Positions 9,906-18,993 of a DNA stretch of 36,310 nt are shown piece by piece. Within the stretch, counting starts at the first letter, position 1; each line of letters begins with the position of its first letter. The position numbers and the translations under genes were made by a program. Source of the DNA: Methanothrix sp. (GTDB taxonomy: Archaea; Halobacteriota; Methanosarcinia; Methanotrichales; Methanotrichaceae); NCBI GenBank assembly GCA_040770465.1, contig JAXGJB010000029.1, forward strand, positions 1 through 36,310, written 5' to 3'. The notes below the pieces were generated by a model that did not search any database, was not told the DNA's origin, and saw only the letters and a list, made by a program, of their open reading frames with translations.

Positions 9906-10733
9906 ATGTCGTACAAAGCAACAGTCTTCAAGGTGATGATCGCCTCCCCAGGAGATGTTAGTCAAGAGAGGAAACTGATACGTGAAGTCCTGCATGATTG
10001 GAACGACATCTATTCTGAGACGCGCAAAATCGTCCTTCTACCAGTCGCATGGGAAACCCATTCTTCACCCGATATGGGCGACCAGCCACAGGCGATAATT
10101 AGCAAACAGCTCAAAGATTATGACCTTTTGGTCGGGGTTTTCTGGACACGGATAGGAACAGCTACTGGCGAGTACCCAAGCGGTACAGTGGAGGAAATTG
10201 AAGAGCACATCAAGAAGGGAAAACCTGCGATGCTTTACTTTTCTTTGAAACCGGTTAGTCCAGACGAAGTTGATCGGGATCAATATTCTGAGCTGAAGAA
10301 ATTTAAAGATTCTTGCAAGTCAAGGGGCTTGTATGAAACATATTCTGATACCATCGAATTCAAAGACACGTTCAACAAGCATCTTCAACTCAAATTAAAC
10401 GAATCATACTTTACCGAATTATCGCAATCATACGCTGAGTCGGTAGGAGATAGCGCTAATTCGAATATGCCAAAATTATCCAGTGAGGCTCAAATGCTGC
10501 TTAAAAAAGCAAGTTTATCTTATAATGGCCGTATTATGCAACCTGGTTGGGGGATTCAAATTGGAAAGGAACCCATGTATTATGGAGAAATGGACCCTAG
10601 AGAACGCGCTGCATTCAAAAGCGCTATCGAAGAATTACAGGTATCCGGACTGATTAGCGATGAGGGACACAAGCAAGAAGTGTTCGGAGTAACTAAAGAA
10701 GGGTTTAAAATGGCAGATTCAATAAGATTATAG
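9906..10733 (+). CDS. DUF4062-domain protein (TIR/nucleoside deoxyribosyltransferase-like) with C-terminal winged-helix-like region
   Basis: VMIASPGDV...ER, WETHSSP, DLLVGVFWTRIGT...SGTVEEI...MLYFS; GGAG SD upstream; AT-rich. Confidence 0.75.
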   Translation: MSYKATVFKVMIASPGDVSQERKLIREVLHDWNDIYSETRKIVLLPVAWETHSSPDMGDQPQAIISKQLKDYDLLVGVFWTRIGTATGEYPSGTVEEIEEHIKKGKPAMLYFSLKPVSPDEVDRDQYSELKKFKDSCKSRGLYETYSDTIEFKDTFNKHLQLKLNESYFTELSQSYAESVGDSANSNMPKLSSEAQMLLKKASLSYNGRIMQPGWGIQIGKEPMYYGEMDPRERAAFKSAIEELQVSGLISDEGHKQEVFGVTKEGFKMADSIRL

Positions 10734-10817
10734 TTGCCTTCGACAAAAGAACAATATCTATTAGACTCAGCTGAAGCTTCTTGAGAAAATACCAACTATC
10801 ATTTGTCAGGTGAATAA

Positions 10818-11339
10818 ATGATCATCATCCGAGAAGAGAGACCCGAGGACGTCGAGGCGATCAGGCGGGTCAACAACGAAGCCTTCGGCCAGCCGGCAGA
10901 GGCCGAAGTGGTGGACAAGCTCCGGGGATCTTGCGATAATATCCTCTCCCTGGTGGCGGTCAATGGAGAAGAGGTAGTGGGCCACATCCTCTTCAGCCCG
11001 GCGACGATCGGAGAAGAGGGAGCTGCCCTGGAGGTCTCGGGCATGGGGCTTGCGCCGATGGCGGTGACGCCTCGATGCCAGGGGCAGGGGATCGGGTCGC
11101 TTCTGATCCACAACGGGATAAAGATGCTGAGGGAGAAGGGCTGCCCCTTCATCATCGTCCTCGGCTACCCCGAGTACTACCCCCGCTTCGGCTTTGAGAG
11201 AGCGTCTCGCTACGGCATCCACAGCCAGTGGTCGGAGGTCCCCGATGAGGCCTTCATGATCCTGATCCTCAACAAGACGGCGATGGTCGGAGCCTCGGGG
11301 ATAGCCCGTTACCGGCGAGAGTTCGACGAAGCGGTCTGA
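10818..11339 (+). CDS. GNAT N-acetyltransferase (YhbS-like)
   Basis: IREE...VVGHILFS, LAPMAVTPRCQGQGIGS, VLGYPEYYPRFGF. Confidence 0.9.
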   Translation: MIIIREERPEDVEAIRRVNNEAFGQPAEAEVVDKLRGSCDNILSLVAVNGEEVVGHILFSPATIGEEGAALEVSGMGLAPMAVTPRCQGQGIGSLLIHNGIKMLREKGCPFIIVLGYPEYYPRFGFERASRYGIHSQWSEVPDEAFMILILNKTAMVGASGIARYRREFDEAV

Positions 11340-11442
11340 GTTTGGGACAGAGGCAAGTTTGAGACAAGTTTGATGCAGACGGCCTGACGGGGCCTGAAGA
11401 TGATGATGAAGACGAAGATGGCGGAACGATTCTTAAGGCCAA

Positions 11443-11467
11443 TTTTTCAAAAAAGGTTTTAAAAAAA
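11443..11467. terminator. Oligo-T/oligo-A tracts, probable bidirectional terminator
   Basis: tttttcaaaaaaggttttaaaaaaa between the convergent GNAT and DUF1646 genes. Confidence 0.45.
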
Positions 11468-11482
11468 GGTTGGAAGATCCCC

Positions 11483-12628
11483 TCACCCACCGAGGTGGAA
11501 CTCGATGTGGAAGGGGATGTAGAAGACCCAGATGAAGTAGACCACCATCAGGATCAGGCCCAGGGGCACTCCCAGCTTCGCCCACTCTTTGCTCGTTATC
11601 GAGAGCTTCTGAGCGGAGATGATGTTGGGGATGTTCCCGGGGATCAGCATGCCGCCGGATATGAGAAGACCCATAAGAACCGCCTGAATCTGTTGGGGCT
11701 CCATCAACGGGCTCATCTCTGCCGCCGTCAGGGTGGCGTTGTCCAGGATGGCTGAGATCATGTTCACCCAGTAGATGATCTGGGGAGAAATGCTCAGGAT
11801 GTACTTGTCGATGATGATCTTCATGCCGCTTCCGAGAAGCAGCAGCGCCATGACGAATAAGTAGACTTTACCGGCTCTGATGACGACGTCCTTCAGCGTC
11901 TCCTCAGACTTGGAGGAGACCTTCTGCTTGATCGCCTCGGCCTTGCCGGTGAAGACCATCCCCAGGAGACCCATGGCGATGCAGCCGGGTATGATGTAGA
12001 CGGCCAGCTGGTTGAAGAGGAAGAAGAAGCCGGCGTAGTAGGGCTCGCCCTGCAGCTTGGTGATGGCGATGGTGGAGAGGGGCTCGCCCACGGGGGTGAG
12101 AACGGCTCCAAGCCCGATGGAGAAACAGGCGATGATGGCGATGTTCACCCTCGTCTTTCTGTCCATCGGCATCGCGTTTATCAGCTCCACCAGGAGGAGC
12201 GAGGCGATGATGGCGGTGATGATGCTGGACGAGAGGCCCAGGACAACTATCATCACGAAGACCAATATCTTGAGGGGAACTTTCTTCAAGAGGGCGTTGA
12301 TGGCGCTCTGGACGTGCTCCCTTCCGTAGAAGAAGAGGAGACCTGCGACCAGCACCGCGGGGACGATCCCCTTAATTATCGGCTCCTCGATCGCCTCCGT
12401 GATCAGATGCATGTTCCAGCCCACATGGGGTATTTCCATACCCAGATGTTCATACACCTGCTCCAGATTGGCATGACTCTCAAAACCGGATATGGTGACA
12501 GCTAAAACGCCCATGGTGAAAAGGAACGCTTCCAGGTTATGTTCGATCTTCGGGACCAGGAACGGGCCCAACAAGACCATGAGAACGATGGCAAACAGAC
12601 CAAGATCAATCATCGTTGGTGGCAGCAT
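11483..12628 (-). CDS. DUF1646-family membrane protein (putative cation transporter)
   Basis: Many transmembrane helices; IEHNLEAFLF, GLGAVLTPVGEPLSTI, SAILDNATLTAAE, SGGMLIPGNIPNII. Confidence 0.8.
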   Translation of the reverse strand: MLPPTMIDLGLFAIVLMVLLGPFLVPKIEHNLEAFLFTMGVLAVTISGFESHANLEQVYEHLGMEIPHVGWNMHLITEAIEEPIIKGIVPAVLVAGLLFFYGREHVQSAINALLKKVPLKILVFVMIVVLGLSSSIITAIIASLLLVELINAMPMDRKTRVNIAIIACFSIGLGAVLTPVGEPLSTIAITKLQGEPYYAGFFFLFNQLAVYIIPGCIAMGLLGMVFTGKAEAIKQKVSSKSEETLKDVVIRAGKVYLFVMALLLLGSGMKIIIDKYILSISPQIIYWVNMISAILDNATLTAAEMSPLMEPQQIQAVLMGLLISGGMLIPGNIPNIISAQKLSITSKEWAKLGVPLGLILMVVYFIWVFYIPFHIEFHLGG

Positions 12629-12814
12629 TGGTTTTACCTCCCTAATCGGATATTAAGCCAATATCCCGTGACTGTTATTTCTCTCTCCCTTGGATTGATT
12701 GGGAAACTGAGACTGGATACTCTCGCCATATTAAATGCTTTTGTCCTGCAACCGGCGTGCCGATCCGCAGGGAAAGGGCGCCGTTCGGGACAAAAGACAC
12801 TTTGGCGAGAAGTC

Positions 12815-13678
12815 TCAAGACGCCTTTCCAGCCCTCAACACCAGAACCGGCCTTGTGCCGTTCTTGGATACCTCGTAGGCTACGCTGCCGACGATGAGCT
12901 GTTTCACCCATCCCTTGCCGTGAGAGCTCATGGCCACCAGGGAGAAGTCCCCCTCCTCGGCCGCCTCGATGATCGCCTCTGCCGGGCTTCCAACGGCGAC
13001 CTTGACTGAGGCCTTGATCCCAGCAGCCTCGAACTCCGCCTTGGTGGCGTTCAGCTTCTCCGTCGCCTCCTTCATCTTGGCGTCGACGTGCTCCTGGCTC
13101 TCGCCGCTGGAGACGACGTGGAAGAGGACCGCCTCGTGGACGCCCTTCAGATTCTTGATGAAGTTGATCGCCTCGTCGGAGGGCTCGGAGAAGTCCGTGG
13201 GGCAGAGGACCTTGGAGAATATCATGGCGCAGTGCTGCTCGAGATCCTCGCCGCCTTCCAGCATCTTGTAACGCATCAGCAATAGGTGCTTGTCCCCGTA
13301 CCGGAGGGTGTTCTTGGCCACGTTTCCGAGGAATATGTTCTGGACGAATCCCTTGCCCCGAGCGCCCATAACCACCAGGTTGACCCCTTCCTCGTCGGAG
13401 ACCGACTGGATCTTCCTGAATATGTCCCCTTCCAGCATCGGCTCGGCCCTCTGGCTGACCACAAGCCCCTGGGCCTCCAGAATCTTCGCCTGCTCTGCAA
13501 CCTTCTCCTTCGCCTCTTCGAGCCTGGCTCCTGGGTCCCAAACCCGTGCCAGGGGGTCCGACGGACCGATGACGTTGAGGAGGACGACCTTCTTCACCCC
13601 AGGCAATCCGCCGACGCACTCGAGGACTTTCTGCGAGTGCTTAGAGAAGTCCGTGGGAACCAAAACCGTTTCGAACAT
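12815..13678 (-). CDS. Universal stress protein (two tandem USP domains)
   Basis: Two VLxPTDFS motifs; LVVMGARG...LGNVA and LVAMSSHG...VGSVA...PVLVL. Confidence 0.93.
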   Translation of the reverse strand: MFETVLVPTDFSKHSQKVLECVGGLPGVKKVVLLNVIGPSDPLARVWDPGARLEEAKEKVAEQAKILEAQGLVVSQRAEPMLEGDIFRKIQSVSDEEGVNLVVMGARGKGFVQNIFLGNVAKNTLRYGDKHLLLMRYKMLEGGEDLEQHCAMIFSKVLCPTDFSEPSDEAINFIKNLKGVHEAVLFHVVSSGESQEHVDAKMKEATEKLNATKAEFEAAGIKASVKVAVGSPAEAIIEAAEEGDFSLVAMSSHGKGWVKQLIVGSVAYEVSKNGTRPVLVLRAGKAS

Positions 13679-13892
13679 GCTTGTTATACCTCCCTATAAT
13701 CCTCTGGATTTGCCCTGCTTATATATCCAGATCCCTTTACATGAACCTACCAGGGCTGGTATCCAATCCGTCGTATTTCAATCTACCGACCCTAAAAAGA
13801 GATTTCGCCTTGATATGACCTCAAATGAGGAAGAGGACGGCAATGGAGAGGAGGGCGAGATGGGAGCAGGAACCCGATCGCCAGAAGCTATT

Positions 13893-13944
13893 CGTCATCG
13901 AACCGATGAAGGAACCCCAGATAGCCGTCATCGAACCGATGAAG
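13893..13944. repeat. 19-bp direct repeat x2 (period 33) with an internal palindrome
   Basis: cgtcatcgaaccgatgaag at 13893-13911 and 13926-13944; each contains TCATCG-AAC-CGATGA. Confidence 0.85.
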
Positions 13945-14042
13945 CCCACCCAGACGGCGGATCGTCGAGCTTCGGGGTGGGAGACGGCCCAGAGGCGGTT
14001 TGTTTATATTTTGATCGATTTTTAAATATATTCACAGGCATC

Positions 14043-15050
14043 TCAAATCCGTTGCCAGGCCGTTGCCAGGGGTGAGCCGAAGGCGAGGTCTTCCAGCTCC
14101 ACCACCTTCTCCCAGGCGAGCCTGCATCCGCAGTCGAGGTTCCCAAAGACGCCGACATCCTGGGTGAGAGCGTGCTCTCTTATCGCCTTCGCGAAGGCCT
14201 CGTCGCACCCGCCGCAGTTGCGAGGGCCGCGCCTCGTCCCGGCAGCCACGGGATCGCAGATGATTGGAAGGAAGGTGACCGCCTTCAGAACCTCGACGGC
14301 GCTCCAGAGCCATGGGGGCCGATACTCCCCCAGGGTCCACATCCTCTCCATGGGGGTGCCCCTCTGGATGTTGGACAGGTTAAGAGAGAGGACGTCGGAG
14401 AAGGGGGCTGCGTCCCGGGCTGACCGGATGGCGTCGGAGATCGCCACCCCCTCGGAGAGGAAGGGAGGCTTCAGGAGGAGGTAGGTCTTCACCGACCCGC
14501 CGACCTTCTGGACGACCTTCGCCGCCTCCTTGAACTCTTCAAAAGAGAATCCCTTCTGGATGGAGTGCTCCCTGACCAGGTCGTTTGAGGTCTCAAGCCC
14601 GATCGCAACCTCCGTCCTGATCCTTGCGACCGACTCCTCGACCAGCTCCTCCGCGACGTACTCCGGCCTCGACTCGACGACGAGCTTCTCGACCCCGGCG
14701 GCGGCGAGGCCGTCCAGGATCTGCACCCTGACCGGTCCCGGGACCTCGGCGGGATCGAGGAAGCTGCCGCTGGTGTATATCTTGACGACCCGATCCTCCG
14801 AGGATAGGTCCTTTGTGGCGGCCCGAAACTGGACCATCAGATCCTCTTCTGTGGCGGGGGCGCCCTCGGAGGCGTAGCCGCACATGGTGCACCGACGCCA
14901 TCTGCACCCCCTCGTCCGAAGGATTATGGTCAGGCACCCCGCCGCCTCCCCGTCCAGGAGGTCGGTTGACCGCCAGACCGCCACGGGCCTCCTGGGATCG
15001 GGCCTGTTCCGCGTCTCTCTCTTTAAAATAACACCACCAGATCGCTCCAT
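14043..15050 (-). CDS. Archaeosine biosynthesis radical SAM enzyme RaSEA (TIGR01210-type)
   Basis: TIILRTRGC...CTMCGY, KIYTSGSFLD, ESRPEY, IGLETSND, YLLLKPPFLSE, YRPPWLWS, RGPRNCGGCD. Confidence 0.85.
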   Translation of the reverse strand: MERSGGVILKRETRNRPDPRRPVAVWRSTDLLDGEAAGCLTIILRTRGCRWRRCTMCGYASEGAPATEEDLMVQFRAATKDLSSEDRVVKIYTSGSFLDPAEVPGPVRVQILDGLAAAGVEKLVVESRPEYVAEELVEESVARIRTEVAIGLETSNDLVREHSIQKGFSFEEFKEAAKVVQKVGGSVKTYLLLKPPFLSEGVAISDAIRSARDAAPFSDVLSLNLSNIQRGTPMERMWTLGEYRPPWLWSAVEVLKAVTFLPIICDPVAAGTRRGPRNCGGCDEAFAKAIREHALTQDVGVFGNLDCGCRLAWEKVVELEDLAFGSPLATAWQRI

Positions 15051-15082
15051 GTCGCTATATATCGCTGCATATCACTGTGTTG

Positions 15083-15982
15083 TTACTGTATGTGCCTCAT
15101 GGCGCTGATCGCCGCAGAGGTCCCGGCGCCGACGGCTGTGGTCACCTGCATCCTCCCGCCGGTGACGTCCCCCGCCGCAAAGACGCCGGGGATGTTGGTC
15201 TCCTGAGTGAGCCGGTTGACTTTCACAAAGCCCCCCTTCGTCAGCTCGATCCCGAGATCGACGGCCAGATCGACGTTCGGGGCGACCCCCATCTCGACGA
15301 AGACGCCGTCGAGGTTCAGGGTGCGGACCTTACCCCGCGCCTCGAACTCGACGGCCGTCACAAAGCCGTCCCCCAGGACCCGGATCGGCTCGACACCGTG
15401 GGTGATGACGGTGTTGGTGAGGCTCTTGATCCTGTCGAGGTAGACGGCTTCTGCCTCAAGATCGTCCCGGACGTTCAGGAGGTGGACCTTGGCGCAGAGC
15501 CCCGCGAGGTAGAGGACCGCCCTTGCCGCGCCGTTCCCGTAGCCGATCACGGCGACGGTTCTGTTCCGAAATAGGGCGCCGTCACAGTAGGCGCAGTACG
15601 AGACGCCTCTCGTCGCGTACTCCTCCTCGCCGGGGACTCCAAGCTTCCGGTGGCTTGCGCCGGTCGCCAGGATCAGGGCCGCCGACTCATACTCCCAGCT
15701 CTCGGTCTTGACCCGAAAGACCCCGTTGAGAGAGACCACCTTAGCCACCACCTCTTCATGAAGCTCTGCGCCGTACTTCTCGGCCTGAGCCAGCATCCGC
15801 TCGGAGAGCTCGATCCCCTGGATGCCATCGGGAAAGCCCGGATAGTTCTCGTAAAGACCGCCCATCGACTGCTGCGACCCGTAGACGTTTCCGAGGATGA
15901 GGGTCTTCTTCCCACCTCTGGCACAGTACATCCCGGCTGTAAGGCCAGCCGGGCCCGCCCCGATGATTATGACGTCGTACAA
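15083..15982 (-). CDS. trxB: Thioredoxin-disulfide reductase
   Basis: YDVIIIGAGPAGLTA, ENYPGF, ATGA, GVSYCAYCDG, TNIPGVFAAGDV. Start placed at TTG 15982, not 16069. Confidence 0.9.
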   Translation of the reverse strand: MYDVIIIGAGPAGLTAGMYCARGGKKTLILGNVYGSQQSMGGLYENYPGFPDGIQGIELSERMLAQAEKYGAELHEEVVAKVVSLNGVFRVKTESWEYESAALILATGASHRKLGVPGEEEYATRGVSYCAYCDGALFRNRTVAVIGYGNGAARAVLYLAGLCAKVHLLNVRDDLEAEAVYLDRIKSLTNTVITHGVEPIRVLGDGFVTAVEFEARGKVRTLNLDGVFVEMGVAPNVDLAVDLGIELTKGGFVKVNRLTQETNIPGVFAAGDVTGGRMQVTTAVGAGTSAAISAMRHIQ

Positions 15983-16184
15983 GAGAGGACACCACCAACG
16001 CGATCTCGGTTTGGATATGATGATAGATAAAATATGTGCAGCTCGCAGTGAACGATAAAATATGCGCAACTACCGAAGACCGAAGATCGATGAGGTTCAC
16101 ACCATATCGAGGGGCCAGGCACCTGTCTGCCCGCAATGTTTTTACGCTGGAAGGTTGTGAGGGGGTGTGGCGACCAACAACAGA

Positions 16185-16256
16185 GCGCCGATAGTGTAGT
16201 GGTCATCACTAGGCGTTGCCAACGCCTAAACCCGGGTTCGAATCCCGGTCGGCGCA
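16185..16256 (+). tRNA. tRNA-Gly (anticodon GCC), no intron, CCA not encoded
   Basis: Acceptor GCGCCGA/TCGGCGC-A; anticodon arm AGGCG-TTGCCAA-CGCCT; T arm CCGGG-TTCGAAT-CCCGG; followed by a T-rich tract. Confidence 0.96.
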
Positions 16257-16418
16257 CTTTTCGTCTCTTTCTTAATTTCTCATTTCCGGATTCACAGTTC
16301 CTGCAAGCTTGATACGGATTCGAGAAAAGGAGTTATTGATTCTGAGGATTCGAAATCAGCGTTATTGATTCTGGGAATTCGTTAGTTTCGTTATTTCAAA
16401 CCGCGGGGGATCCGGCCT

Positions 16419-17639
16419 TCAGACCCACCTGCTCTGAAGCGACGTCGTGCCGCCGATGAGGTCTTTGAGCCGGTAATCGTCCAGGATCATCGCCTTCAGC
16501 TTTGCCATGGGGATGGATAGCGATATCTCCTTGGTCCTGCCGTACCTGCCCTTGCTCACCACCACAGTGTGGATGATACCGAGCATGTCGAGCTCGGCTA
16601 TGAGGTCTGCGATCCGCCGGTGGGTCAGGTAATCCAGGTCCACCAGGGGGCAGAGCTGCTTGTACATCCCGTAAACAGCCCCGGTGGTGACGTTCTTTAC
16701 CCCCTGCTCCTCCAGAAGTAGGACGCTGTAGAGGACGAGCTTGGACTGGGTCGGAAGCGTCATCACCACCTCTCTAACCCGGTCGCGTTCGATCTTGGCT
16801 CGGGCGGATCGGACGTGATCTTCAGCCACCCGATCAGAGCCAACCCTCTCCGCCAGCTCCCCAGAGACCCTCAGAAGGTCGAGGGCCCTCCGGGCGTCGC
16901 CGTGCTCCTGGGCCGCCAGAGCCGAGCAGAGGGGGATCACGTCCTCGGCGAGAACGCCGGGCTTGAAGGCCATCGACGCCCTCTGTTCCAGGATGTCTTT
17001 GATCTGCTCCGCGTTGTATGGAGGGAAGATTATCTCGTCCTCCCCGAGAGAGCTTTTGACCCTCGGGTCCAGAAAGTCGGTGAACTTCAGGTCGTTGGAG
17101 ATCCCTATCAGGCTGACTCCGGCCCGGTCCAGCTCCGAGTTGATCCTCGTCAGGTTGTAGAGGATATCGTCCCCCTTTCTCGTCAGCTTGTCGACCTCGT
17201 CCAGGACCATCACCACCATACGATGGTCCTCGTCCAGGGACTTTCTCACCTCCTCGTAAACCTGATCCGTGGGCCATCCGGTCATGGGAACTTCCCGCCC
17301 GAAGCAGCGGGCCAGGTGAGCAAGAACCCTATACTGGGTGTCGATGACCTCGCAGTTGATGTAGATGAAAGAGCATTTGGAGTTGCCATTGTTTCCTGCA
17401 GCTTCCAGCTCCGAGCCGACGTACTTCGCCACGGCGGTCTTTCCGGTCCCGGTTTTCCCGTATATGAGAACGTTGGAGGGGGTCTCGCCCCGAAGAGCTG
17501 GTACCAAAATTGATGCCATGCCGTTGATCTGATCTTCGCGGTGGGGAAGCTCCGAGGGCGTGTAGCTGGAGCGAAGCACGTCCCTGCACTTGAATATTTC
17601 CCCTTTTTTCAAGAGGTCTGCGAATAATCCACCCGACAT
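16419..17639 (-). CDS. cdc6: Orc1/Cdc6 replication initiator
   Basis: LPHREDQI, Walker A YGKTGTGKT, Walker B VLDEVD, LDPRVKSSL, HGDARRALDLLR, winged-helix SKGRYGRT. Confidence 0.97.
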   Translation of the reverse strand: MSGGLFADLLKKGEIFKCRDVLRSSYTPSELPHREDQINGMASILVPALRGETPSNVLIYGKTGTGKTAVAKYVGSELEAAGNNGNSKCSFIYINCEVIDTQYRVLAHLARCFGREVPMTGWPTDQVYEEVRKSLDEDHRMVVMVLDEVDKLTRKGDDILYNLTRINSELDRAGVSLIGISNDLKFTDFLDPRVKSSLGEDEIIFPPYNAEQIKDILEQRASMAFKPGVLAEDVIPLCSALAAQEHGDARRALDLLRVSGELAERVGSDRVAEDHVRSARAKIERDRVREVVMTLPTQSKLVLYSVLLLEEQGVKNVTTGAVYGMYKQLCPLVDLDYLTHRRIADLIAELDMLGIIHTVVVSKGRYGRTKEISLSIPMAKLKAMILDDYRLKDLIGGTTSLQSRWV

Positions 17640-17705
17640 GAAAGAGATAATCCCCCCGGACAAAAAACCAAATACATTCTATCAGTTAATAAGAGTTGCG
17701 GTAAG

Positions 17706-18288
17706 CCCCCGTCGTTTCTACTGCAACCCCCCTACCCCATCATTTCGACTGGAATGAAGATATATACAGTAAAGCCATGAATGAAAATAATATGGATATA
17801 TCCTGTTGTGACCTGATCGCTTATATTACTTAAAGATTCTGATCATACAGATACGATGTATAAACCGTTTACAAATCGTCTTTGACACTTAAAAACCGAT
17901 AACGATAAAGCGGGTCCATATAAGCGCAAATCTGATATCTGAAGTCTCGCATTCTCCTTTTTAAATAATTTCATGAAACTAAGCCTCGTCCGTCACGATT
18001 CTTCAATACCATTTGTGGCTTGATATTGGGCGAGAAGATGCAATCGGATACCGCTGAATTCTCCAGTGGAAAAAAAGGGGGCGTGCCGTTCCAGTAGAAA
18101 TATCGGGGTGATTTCAGATTCGATGTTTTATTAAAAAAGAAAAAATATTGACCTTATTTTAGTTTTCGTTTGGATCAGCTCTCGGCCTGTATACTCTAAA
18201 GCTTCAATGGAAACCAAGAGGTCAGCAAGAGGTCAGGGCACTCCAGTGGAAACAAAGGGGTCGGGGGCTTTCAGTGGAAACAAAGGGG
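17706..18288. other. Chromosomal replication origin (oriC): ORB boxes in inverted orientation around an AT-rich unwinding region
   Basis: Minus-strand ORBs at 17706-17726 and 17735-17754; AT-rich tract about 17755-18060; plus-strand ORBs at 18061, 18088, 18203, 18241 and 18269. They match the archaeal ORB consensus TCCAGTGGAAACAAAGGGG and lie directly upstream of cdc6. Confidence 0.92.
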
Positions 18289-18448
18289 TGGCCGAAATTA
18301 GAGGTGTCAAGAAGGGCTCGGCTGCCGGTCGGCCAGTGATCTGCGGAATTTCGGCCTGCAGTAATCCATTCTCAAAAGGTGCTTCGGATATTATCATTTA
18401 AATAAGGCCTAAGCCGCTTTGAGATTGACCGATCGGCCATCGAGGCCA

Positions 18449-18709
18449 TCATCCGACGGGGATCGTCTCTAGCTGGCTTGCGACGTTCCAGATCAGGGTT
18501 CGGGTGTGAAGGGGTATGTTTGGGTCGTTGCTGATCTCGTCCAGGATCGATATGGCGGAAGCGGCTCTGATGGCTTCAGAGTCCTGGTCGTTGAGAAGGG
18601 TCGACTTCACGCTCTCGGCAGAACGTCTTATATTTCTGGGAACGGTATCATCGCTCATGATGCGCTCTAAAACTTCGACACACTGCTTAATCACATTTTC
18701 AGCTGCCAT
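18449..18709 (-). CDS. UPF0147 family protein
   Basis: [12 protein letters not shown]...[21 protein letters not shown]. Confidence 0.9.
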   Translation of the reverse strand: MAAENVIKQCVEVLERIMSDDTVPRNIRRSAESVKSTLLNDQDSEAIRAASAISILDEISNDPNIPLHTRTLIWNVASQLETIPVG

Positions 18710-18822
18710 GGAATCACCACACTTTCAAGACGGCAAAAAGGTTAAAGATAAAGCCTGTCCCAACAACTATTGGCATGGTTGTCATATTTAAACGTATGGT
18801 GGCTTCGAATTTCGGCCTGCAG

Positions 18823-18866
18823 ATGTCGCTGGTATGTCGCCGGTATGTCGCTGGTATATCGCTGGT
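18823..18866. repeat. 11-bp tandem repeat x4 (ATGTCGCTGGT)
   Basis: atgtcgctggt atgtcgccggt atgtcgctggt atatcgctggt. Confidence 0.9.
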
Positions 18867-18993
18867 TGTGGCCTCGTGGTAGTGCGGATGCCGTTGGCTA
18901 CAGTCTGTCCCTGATGACATCCGACTAACTAGGCGCGTTGCTGGCGCGTTACGATTATAATTGGTCGCATAATTGGTCGCTTGGTGATTCCGT

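Noticed and set aside
15983-16069. N-terminal extension of trxB
   Set aside because: Runs through the AT-rich promoter repeat; homology starts at YDVIIIG.
16185-16256. tRNA-Gly as the attachment site of an integrated element
   Set aside because: No integrase and no second copy of the tRNA end were seen in the window.
18061-18288. Repeats with variable spacers resembling a mini-CRISPR; ORF 18207-18401
   Set aside because: The repeats match ORB boxes next to cdc6, the spacers are too short, and there are no cas genes. The ORF is a by-product of the repeats.
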